DNA from: Cyanidioschyzon merolae | Lineage: Eukaryota | Assembly: GCA_000091205.1 (NCBI GenBank) | Contig: AP006494.2 | Strand: one strand, 5' to 3' | Length of the DNA stretch: 64,000 nt | Shown here: positions 53,282 through 62,070 of the stretch, piece by piece | How the letters are laid out: each line of letters opens with the position of its first letter | Numbering within the stretch: the stretch's first letter is position 1 | Translations under genes and position numbers: made by a program | The notes under the pieces: generated by a model | Told to the model about the DNA's origin: nothing | The model's input: only the letters and a program-made list of their open reading frames with translations | Database searches by the model: none

Positions 53282-55216
53282 GTGCAAGGACACGTGTCCA
53301 TCCGCCGCCAGGTGATGGAGGCGACACTGCGGCGGCTCCGGAATCGGGGTGCCGCCGACATCGCTCACCCGTCGCAGGCGGGAACGGAAAATCACCCGAC
53401 ACCCGCTGCTTTGCGTGTGAGGCGCGTAATTATCCGTTGGTCTTCCGGAGCGCGCCTCGCTATGGGAAGTGACGCTTGTTATGGGCGTTGGGAGCTCCAT
53501 ATTAAGAGGAATAGACGTATACTTTTGCAGGGAAGTGGTGTTGATAAGTGTTCTTCGGAGAAGGCTTCTCAGGTGAAGTCTTCACCAGGTTCAATGGCCA
53601 GCAGAGCAACTGAAGCGCCGCGCGAGCAGCCAAGCACTGCCGCAGACGCAAGGAACCCAAGGAACCCAGTGGAGACTAGCGGTGTTTCTTGGGCAGCTGT
53701 GCAAGATGCTGACGTAGGAACCCATAAGAAAGAGTCGAAGACAGCTGGCACCGCAGCTGAGACTGGGGGAAGCTGTGAACCGCTTACGCCTCCAAAAACG
53801 GTTGGATCAAAGCGCCACCACAGTCCCATGGTGGCGGTGAAGGCGCGAATACCACCGAGCGGAGCAGGGGAGGCCGAGCTTTCGGCACCAGAAATACCGC
53901 AGGCACCAGTGGACAGGGCTAGTGGCGACGGGCGCAACTTTCCCGACGGTGTAACCTGGTCTGCGCTCTACACGCGCCTGTTACAGGCTATGCAGCGCAC
54001 GCGCGAGTTCGAGGTGCAGCTCTCCCTCGCAAAGTCTGACCTGATGCGCCTCCAGACAGAATGGTTACAAGCTGTCTGGACTCGACGTCATGCGGCCAGT
54101 TTAGAGCTGGTGACGGGTGTTTCCGAGACCGGCGTCAGCTGGGAAGTTCCAGCGCGAACATCAGTGCCAGCCGGGGCAGGGCCTGCACAGTTGTTCTCTA
54201 CGACGGGAATGCATGCGAATGCGTCAATAGGTACGATTCCAGACACACGAACAGCAAGTCATGGTGTCTGGTTGACCATTCCGGACGCACCTGCGGTGCC
54301 TCTCCAGTCCGCAGCACCAACGAGTTCGCTGACGCGCACATTGCCCTGTGGATCAAACCTGCAAAGTGACAGCATAGATTCGAGCTCGTGCTTGTACCAA
54401 GGAAGCGAAGCCAAACCAGGGGTGCATGCCTGCAACTGCTCAACTGCGAGCAGTCGAACATTTGGTGAGCACGACACCCCGTCCGCTTCAGAATCGGAGA
54501 AGTTCTATCCACAGCATCCAACTGCGGATGCACATTCGACGGAGCAAATATCGCTGCCGCCCGCTGCATCAACGACACCGAAGACGAGTGGCTCGAACCA
54601 AAGTCGTCGTCGTCGTTGTCGTCGTCGTCATCGACAGTCAAGTCCTGTCCCGGGTACGTCAAGATACTGGACGGAGGCTGAGCACAAGCTCTTCCTGGAA
54701 GCGCTCAAGATCTACGGCCACCGCAATCTCAAAGCGATCAGTGCTCATGTTGGCACGCGGAATCCGACACAGGTACGAACTCATGTTCAGAAGTACTTTA
54801 TGCGCCTCACTCGAGAAGCCCTGCGGCTCGAAGACACTCGCAGGACCTCAGTGCAACCCTCGATGCAGTCGGCGACATCCGCTACGTCCTCCCGCGGCGA
54901 CGGCGCGTCTGCGCCTTTTGGCAGCACAGAGCAGCTGCCAGCGCCGGGCATCGAGCTTCGCTGCAGCGGAGCGTGCGCGCAGCCGCACGCGTTAATGCCG
55001 TGCGAGCCTGCCCAAGCGCCTGCCTCTGCAGCATCGACCAGTTACACTGAGGAGACACCATCAGACTACCGAGCACGCAACCAGGAGCACGGCTCCAGTG
55101 TCCCTGGAGAGATCGAGGAGCATCCTCGCGAGACGCGTAGGCAGCCGTTCAACTCGGTACCAGATACTTGTGGCGTTCATTTGTTGTCACTTGTTGCACA
55201 GGAGAATATGCTATAG
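53282..55216 (+). CDS. SHAQKYF-class (CCA1/RVE/MYB1R-like) single-MYB/SANT transcription factor
   Basis: MYB repeat at about 54660-54810: RYWTEAEHKLFLEALKIYGHRNLKAISAHVGTRNPTQVRTHVQKYFMRL. The rest of the protein is low-complexity, including a poly-Arg from (CGT)n at 54600-54640. The N-terminal extent is uncertain. Confidence 0.65.
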   Translation: MQGHVSIRRQVMEATLRRLRNRGAADIAHPSQAGTENHPTPAALRVRRVIIRWSSGARLAMGSDACYGRWELHIKRNRRILLQGSGVDKCSSEKASQVKSSPGSMASRATEAPREQPSTAADARNPRNPVETSGVSWAAVQDADVGTHKKESKTAGTAAETGGSCEPLTPPKTVGSKRHHSPMVAVKARIPPSGAGEAELSAPEIPQAPVDRASGDGRNFPDGVTWSALYTRLLQAMQRTREFEVQLSLAKSDLMRLQTEWLQAVWTRRHAASLELVTGVSETGVSWEVPARTSVPAGAGPAQLFSTTGMHANASIGTIPDTRTASHGVWLTIPDAPAVPLQSAAPTSSLTRTLPCGSNLQSDSIDSSSCLYQGSEAKPGVHACNCSTASSRTFGEHDTPSASESEKFYPQHPTADAHSTEQISLPPAASTTPKTSGSNQSRRRRCRRRHRQSSPVPGTSRYWTEAEHKLFLEALKIYGHRNLKAISAHVGTRNPTQVRTHVQKYFMRLTREALRLEDTRRTSVQPSMQSATSATSSRGDGASAPFGSTEQLPAPGIELRCSGACAQPHALMPCEPAQAPASAASTSYTEETPSDYRARNQEHGSSVPGEIEEHPRETRRQPFNSVPDTCGVHLLSLVAQENML

Positions 55217-55670
55217 ATGCATGCGTATGGCATAGAGGACGATTAGAAGCGTTGAACGCGGCACCATGAATACAAAACGAGTCCGCATTCACTGCAATGT
55301 ATGTATAGCGAAGCGGCGGTCTGTAGCCAAGTACGAACGGCTGTTACTGGGACAAGTCGCGAAAAGCGCACTGTTGTATCATCGTTGGGGTTTGGATCCT
55401 GCGTTCATATGCAGGGTGGTTTTTTATGTTTTGTGTGGGAAGCATTGTCGTCACGGAGACAGTGCCGCATTCTGGGGCACGTGCATCCCGGACGGTGACG
55501 GCACTGCTTCCGAGACGTTCGCCTTTCACGGGCATATTTACGGGTAAAGGGGAACTTTCACTGGGCAAGCTCGCGCAGCATCTATTGCAACTCTGAGGCG
55601 CTGGTGCCGCCCATGCAAACGAGTCCAGCGGTTACCGACGAAGACAACCACGGCTGCCATGCTACTTGGA

Positions 55671-56531
55671 TCATCGGTTTGCGATTGCTCGCTCACAGCC
55701 ACTCCCAATGTACGTACGAATCGAAACGGCTGATGGACGCGCAAGGTGCTTTTCGTTCCTGTACATACCCAGATCAGGCTCGAGAAGTAGCAACTGCGAG
55801 GTATCTGCTGGATCGTGGATCGCTGCTGGCGACACCGTCCAGTCCAAAGCGTTGGCCGTACCACCGCCAGCACCCTCTTCTGCATCCGCGTCATCCAATG
55901 TCGTCCTGCTCGTTTGAACTCGTTGAGCTATCCGGGCGAGGTTCTGTTGGACTTGGCGAACGCGGTTCAGAGCGGCCACAAAGACGGGTACGAACTGTGC
56001 AAACCGACCCTGTGCAAACTCCAAGCGCAGCCGAAAACTCCGTGGTAGCGCCACCTGATCAGCAAAGGCGTTCACCAACAGCTCCAGACGACAAGCACCA
56101 AAAAGCGGCTGCTGAAAACGCTCGTTCCAAATGCCGTGCAAAGGCACCTCGAGACTGTACAGGGGCTGAGGTGCGCCCCAGTTTACCTCCCCTGGGGCAC
56201 GCGCTGGCGCCAGCAGCACCATGCGTACGTTCGTGAGCACTGCAGTCGCTCGGTACAAGTAGCCGAATTGTGACGGGTCCCTGAGTACGTGAGACAAACG
56301 AGCTTGCCAACGAACCGGTGTTTCCAGTGAGAACAGAAAGCAGTCCAGTCCAGACTGCCGCCCGAGGTAACGCTCATCCAAGTACGCAATCGGTAGGCGC
56401 TGTTCCGGGTCGAGTTCAACGTTCGTCGCCATAAACCAATGAATACTAGCCTCCGCCAATGCTTGCAACTGCCACACCGATGAACATGTTCCCAACGAAG
56501 GAGCGCTTCTCGAGAGCAAGCGACCACGCAA
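55671..56531 (-). CDS. Hypothetical protein (286 aa), no recognised family
   Basis: An ORF with ordinary (non-repetitive) amino-acid composition, better looking than the overlapping plus-strand ORF. It could alternatively be non-coding. Confidence 0.35.
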   Translation of the reverse strand: MRGRLLSRSAPSLGTCSSVWQLQALAEASIHWFMATNVELDPEQRLPIAYLDERYLGRQSGLDCFLFSLETPVRWQARLSHVLRDPSQFGYLYRATAVLTNVRMVLLAPARAPGEVNWGAPQPLYSLEVPLHGIWNERFQQPLFGACRLELLVNAFADQVALPRSFRLRLEFAQGRFAQFVPVFVAALNRVRQVQQNLARIAQRVQTSRTTLDDADAEEGAGGGTANALDWTVSPAAIHDPADTSQLLLLEPDLGMYRNEKHLARPSAVSIRTYIGSGCERAIANR

Positions 56532-57054
56532 GACTCGTAGCCTGTATTACTACGCTTTCACGAGCTGTTCACGCGTTCACCTGCCCGCGGGGAAACTTTC
56601 TCGCTTCAGGAGCGCAGGGTGCGCTGGCCTCGGCGACTGCCACGCACAGGCGTGTCCCGAGGCGCTACGCTGCGCTCTATCAGGAGACGCTCGCGCGAGT
56701 GCGCGACACTTGCCAGAAACAGTGAGGATAATGATCAAAGACGCACCGCCACGCGTACCACTGACCCTAGAACCGGCTTGCTACTTGGCATAGCGTCCAG
56801 ATCCGTTGTCGAACTGGGGGTCCTGCAATAGACGCTGACGCTGCGCCTCCTCTAACCCTCGCTACTGCGTTGGATGCTTGCTGCCGTCACCTGCGTGCCG
56901 TAACGACACACCGCAAGACTGGGCGGTGCACGAACCAATAGCTCTGGAGACAAGTCTGGGTCGCTATAATCGCACCATCCCCAGGACTTGGTGATGCAAT
57001 GAACAATGAATCCGAAGGCAAGCATTGGTGATTGCTAGCTAGTTAGCTAGCGGA

Positions 57055-57330
57055 TCCTGAAAGTAGGTGCGGCAGCATAATGGACGCTTTTTCAACTACC
57101 AATATCCATGCATTCCGCAATCTGGGATCCATGATCAATGGAAACGTGTTGTCATCGAAAAAGAATCAGCACTAGTGCTGCGGACGTGGCACTGCGATCC
57201 CGTGAACGCATCCAAGAGCGGACGCACCGAGAACGGAACTCTTGGCTTTGGCTGCCGTTGCCGACCGCTGTGGCATACGTTGAAGCGACTGTTTCGGCAC
57301 TTGCAAGGTATATTACAGAAAAGTGCGTTG
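57055..57330 (+). repeat. Left-end-type repeat, copy C (solo, internally shortened), immediately upstream of riboflavin synthase ORF
   Basis: The head (gtaggtgcggcagcataatggacgctttttc..cgcaatctgggatccatgatcaatggaaacgtg) aligns with 36965-37060. The tail (ggtatattacagaaaagtgcgttgtactaaatg) aligns with the Fanzor 5' UTR at 37255-37300 and 18880-18920. Confidence 0.55.
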
Positions 57331-57336
57331 TACTAA

Positions 57337-58125
57337 ATGCATTGCGTTCAGAAGTTGGGGTTTGTTCCACATTTGTTTGATGTGCACCGAGCAGGGGCCA
57401 CTGGACGGAAACAGAGCGCTGCAGCTTGTACAGCGATCAGGAAGCGTACCCGAAAACAAGTCCAGGCGCTCTTTACCGGGCTTGTTGAGGAGCTTGGCAC
57501 CATCGTGCAGCGCACGGAGACACAACGTGAGCCTCCCGCAGTGGAGCTCAGCATCCGTGCGCCGGGTATCTTTCCAAGTCTGAAGCTTGGCGATAGCGTG
57601 GCGGTGAACGGTGCATGTCTGACGGTCGCGTCGCTTTTGCCGCAACCGGCTTTCCAGGTGACCCTCGCCCCGGAGACACTGAGACGCACGAGTCTCGGGC
57701 AGCTCGGCCTCGGGGATCAAGTGAACCTGGAACGTTCCATGGCCGCTGACGGTAGGTTCGGAGGTCACATCGTGCAAGGACACGTGGACACCACCGGTGA
57801 GGTGCTCGACGTGCGCCTCGAAGGCGATGCGCTGTGGTATACGGTTCGGGTGCCGCGTTCAGCAGCGTCCATGGGGTCAGCGCTACAGCCGGACTGCTTT
57901 CTGTATGTTGTGCCCAAGGGGTTCATCGCTGTGGACGGGGTCAGCTTGACAGTGTGTGACGTGAACGATCGAGAGCGAACGTTCACGTTCATGCTTGTTC
58001 CATACACTCAGGAACATGTGACGTTACCGGGACGACGCCCTGGTGACCTCGTGAATCTGGAGATGGATATCATCGGCAAGTACGTTCAGCGACTTGTTGA
58101 ATCACGACTATCCGCGGTGCGCTGA
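57337..58125 (+). CDS. Riboflavin synthase (alpha chain; two lumazine-binding repeats) with about 45-aa N-terminal extension
   Basis: ALFTGLVEELGTIVQ matches bacterial MFTGIVEE. It is followed by GDSVAVNGACLTV, GHIVQGHVDTTGEV, GFIAVDGVSLTV and LVPYTQEHVTL, and ends with GDLVNLEMDIIGKYVQRL. Confidence 0.85.
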   Translation: MHCVQKLGFVPHLFDVHRAGATGRKQSAAACTAIRKRTRKQVQALFTGLVEELGTIVQRTETQREPPAVELSIRAPGIFPSLKLGDSVAVNGACLTVASLLPQPAFQVTLAPETLRRTSLGQLGLGDQVNLERSMAADGRFGGHIVQGHVDTTGEVLDVRLEGDALWYTVRVPRSAASMGSALQPDCFLYVVPKGFIAVDGVSLTVCDVNDRERTFTFMLVPYTQEHVTLPGRRPGDLVNLEMDIIGKYVQRLVESRLSAVR

Positions 58126-59990
58126 ATGCTCGAGAGAGATGACGCACCGGCGCCTGCACACGTGACGTCAGCGGTTGCAGCAGCGGCAGCACTGCTGGTG
58201 GCAAAGGCTAGGCTTTCGAGTGCAAAGCACAGCGGGCAAGCAACCCACGAGCACTCCCTGCCAGTGCTGAGAACCAGTGTCGATATTTGTACTTGCATGC
58301 ATCTTTTTATGGTTGATAGTCTGTGAAACACAACGTGGCATGGTCGGATGACCGTGTCGAATGTGGTGTAGCGTCTGACGTTATTTTGCCTCGGTTGGCA
58401 GCTGACCTCGGTAGCCAAGCGTGAGTGACTATCTAGGCGGGGTCCACTTGACTCGAGACGCCGTGACCCGCCGCAGGAGCCTACACAATGTCTTCCTCGC
58501 AGCCTCGATAACTGCATGCGCAGAAGCCGCTGATCCGGTGACATACATTGGTATGCACGGTTCATGCATGCGGTGTTGTGTTGTGTTGTGTGTCTTTTTC
58601 TATCACTCTCTCTCACTCAGAAGCCACTGATGCGGTACCGTATATTGGCATTCGCGGCGCGTGGATTCTGTGTTGTGTCCGTCCACTGGTGGCAGATGTG
58701 TACGGGATTTGCGTATGAGCGCGACACGCTGAACCGCAGACAATACCTGCATATGCCCCGTCCAGAGGTTGCTGTGTGCTGCATATGCTGCAGAAAACGA
58801 TTTCGGAACTCGTTGAGAGGGTGCTAAAACGTTGCACTCTAGTGTCCTTCTCTGCCGATTCCCCAAGTTGGTGTGCTCTTCAACGAAGCCGCGAGACGCG
58901 GGAAGCGTGCCGGCGTTTGGCAAGCGCTTCCACCACCAGACGAGCATTGTCTGATTCACGAACACCAGCATTGAGGAGCAGGCGCTTACCACACCGGCAG
59001 GCATGCCTTTCGGACGTTCTCTCGCGTTGCTGAAGCCTTCTACGAATGGAGAGAAAAGATGATCCATGAATATGAGAGCGCAGCAGGAAGCCACGAGCTC
59101 AGCACCCTCACGATACAAGTTCCAACCGAATCAGGCAGACTTGTTCCGGTCTCGTTGAAAAAGCGCTCCGCAACCGAGGCAGAACACAGACCCGTCTCAT
59201 GCATAGCACGCAACGTGAGTCGCGGCGTGCAGTTCTCGCGGAACATAGCGGCACCGGTGATTTCTTTGAAAATATCGATAAAAAACCGAGATTCTTTCGC
59301 GTTGCACCACAAGACCCTTCGAGTTAACGAGTCGAGAACGTGCGCGGCAACCTCGCATTGTTCTGGGTAGCCAAGCGGACGCTCGCAGAAACCGCTTGCT
59401 CGAACGTTCCTATACCGAACCGAGGACTCGGCCGGAGAGCGACCAGCGTCAGACGGTATGGAGGCAGCGGTTCGGTGCGGAAGCGCGATCTTGGCCAAAC
59501 ACCCGCTAAACTGAAGCGATGCGCATTTTACAGGCCTCTTTTGTTGTCTGGCACATCTCTAGTGTCTATCATGGTTGGCACTGTATCGGATACGCAGCGT
59601 GCTTTCGAAGAAGCTTTCGCGTATCTGCAGTCGAAGCGGTACCGAGCGCTGTTGCAGGTGCGTGCACAGCAGCGCTTCGTTACCCTAACCTATCCTTACG
59701 TGCTTCGCCTCACCAGGTAGTGCATTACCGTCGTGCTGTTCCGTGCTGGACGTTGTCGATAAGCACGTCAGCGAAGCGGAGCCACGCACAGCTCCGAACA
59801 GCTGGGGCTACTTCTGGGTAACCTTACGAACAAAGCGCGGACTTGCTGCTTCTTTTATTCTTAAAAGCCAATACCTTTTCAGGTTTAGGGCTGAAGCGCA
59901 CACCCCGCAGCGCAAACCGTTCGTGGGCTACCGCAGCGCTGGTGCGCACCCTCGGCAACTACAAGCGTTACGTCGTCAGCGTGCACAGCT

Positions 59991-61442
59991 TTGCGAAGTA
60001 ACAACAGCCGCTTGCACCCACAAGAACCTCCAACGTTACCTGAAGCACGCGCTGCAATCCGACTCTTTTACGCGTGCCCAGAAAAGGTGCCCATTAGCCT
60101 GTGGAGTCGGTGCCCCCATTACCACCGTAGCCGCCAGGCTGCGTCAAGCGCTCCGGGGCGAAGTATTTTCCCGCAGGCGGCGTTTCCCGCTTCAGTCATT
60201 GCGGAGATTGCATGGGCTCCACTTGTCGCCGCCATGACCCGCAAACGAGTCGAAGCCACTGTGGGGTTCGCAACCACCATAATCAGTGCGAGTGTAGTGC
60301 GCTCTGAAAGTAAGCTTAGAGCGAAGCGACGCCTTAGCAAGATTGCCCTCGCACTACGGGGCAGCGTCGCTAGCCTGGGCGAGGCCGGGCCTCCGCACAA
60401 GACCTGTTTCTCGCCGTGGTACGCGATCGCCGTACCTGTGGAGGAGCTGGATCTTCCTTTATGTCTAGAAGCCGGACAGACTTTTCGCTGGAAACAACGC
60501 GAGAATGGTCTTTGGTGCGGCGTACATGCTGAACTCGCTTGGAACCTCTACCGACCCGATGCCACCACGCTGCGCTACTGCTACGCGCCGGCTACCGTTG
60601 ATCCAGTTCGCGCCCGCCTCGTGCTACAGGATTTTTTGCGGCTATCCGATGATGCACCATCTCTAGTCAGTTTATATGAGGATTGGAGCAGCAGTGATCC
60701 GCATTTTCGTAGCGTTGCACCTTTCTTCCAGGGAACGCGAGTTCTTCGCCAGGACCCGGTCGAATGTCTGTTCTCGTTCCTATGTTCGAGTAATAACCAT
60801 ATTCGACGCATCTCGGGCATGGTCGAGTTTCTCGCTCGACGCTACGGGCGGGCGATCGGCTCTGTACCCGCGGGTTTGGCCGATGATGAATATTACGCAT
60901 TCCCGAGCGTTGCCGAGCTCGCAGCTCAAGCGAGTGTTGCAGAACTGCGGGCGAACGGTTTCGGGTATCGTGCGGAATTTGTGGTGAATACTGCGAAGGA
61001 GCTGGAGTCGCGCGGCGGCAACTCGTATCTGCGAGGTTTGCGGTCTCGGGAAAACAAGGATGAGGTTATTCGGGAACTTGTAACATTGCCAGGTGTCGGG
61101 CGCAAGGTCGCTTCGTGCATCGCGCTGCTGTCGTTGGACTGCGCGCACGAGGTGCCCGTCGACACGCATGTGTGGCAACTGACGCTGCGCCACTACGCGC
61201 CGGACTGGCGAACGAAATCCCTGACTGAGAAGCGGCACGAGGAGATCGGTGCGCTGTTCCGAGAGCGTTTCGGACCGCTTTGCGGCTGGGCACACCAGGT
61301 GCTCTTCATTGCAGACTTAGACGCCTTCCAGGATCGATTGCCGGAAGCTCTACGAGCAGAGCGTACGCTTGCCCGGAAGCGGACGCGGGCAGCAATATCT
61401 GCTCGAAAACCTGCAACTCCGCCAGCACAGCGGTCCGAATAG
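59991..61442 (+). CDS. OGG1: 8-oxoguanine DNA glycosylase / AP lyase (OGG1, HhH-GPD); the true start is probably a downstream Met (about 60234), suggesting an N-terminal presequence
   Basis: LCLEAGQTFRWKQ and FFQGTRVLRQDPVECLFSFLCSSNNHIRRISGMVEFL are near-identical to human OGG1 blocks. HhH LPGVGRKVASCIALLSLD with catalytic VPVDTHV. Confidence 0.9.
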   Translation: MRSNNSRLHPQEPPTLPEARAAIRLFYACPEKVPISLWSRCPHYHRSRQAASSAPGRSIFPQAAFPASVIAEIAWAPLVAAMTRKRVEATVGFATTIISASVVRSESKLRAKRRLSKIALALRGSVASLGEAGPPHKTCFSPWYAIAVPVEELDLPLCLEAGQTFRWKQRENGLWCGVHAELAWNLYRPDATTLRYCYAPATVDPVRARLVLQDFLRLSDDAPSLVSLYEDWSSSDPHFRSVAPFFQGTRVLRQDPVECLFSFLCSSNNHIRRISGMVEFLARRYGRAIGSVPAGLADDEYYAFPSVAELAAQASVAELRANGFGYRAEFVVNTAKELESRGGNSYLRGLRSRENKDEVIRELVTLPGVGRKVASCIALLSLDCAHEVPVDTHVWQLTLRHYAPDWRTKSLTEKRHEEIGALFRERFGPLCGWAHQVLFIADLDAFQDRLPEALRAERTLARKRTRAAISARKPATPPAQRSE

Positions 61443-62070
61443 TTGGCGCGCTGTTTAACTCAGTGAAGGACCGGAGTTACAGACGAAGCGCTACTCGAAA
61501 CTGGTTTCTTTGCAGGATGCTTTCTGCAACGCATCACATGATTCCATGTAGAAAAAAATGCGGCTGTTTCAGTCGCGCGGGTCAGCAGTCGGGCGCAATT
61601 TGCGCACGCACGCGCGCCCTGGATGTATCTGGATTCTCTTGTACTTTCAGGGTACATACTAAACATATATGAATCATCATGGACAGGATGTTTACGAACG
61701 TCGACGCTCGGCCGGCGGCGTGTCACGCATGCGTGATGTCACGCGTCCCCTCAGTCACGCCGACCTATTTGTGACCAGCGCTTTTGTTTCTTTCAACCGA
61801 TTTGAAGTTTTCGTTGAACGGGCGTTGAAGGCGTTGTTCACACGGTGTGTGTGTGTGTGTGTTCACAGTAGCACTCCGTCAAACTATTCATCTATCTCAC
61901 AAGCGGATCAGCGGTTAAAGATTGAGGCGTAAAGCTTGCCAGCGCTGTTGTGTCTCAGTCCACGCGGTCCGGCCTGGTGGGAAACCGAGGGTGCACGTAC
62001 GTCACGCAAGGGCCTCTCGAGGGACACGGTTTCACTGCCGGTACCCTGGGGTCCCGTACGCGGGCGCTTG

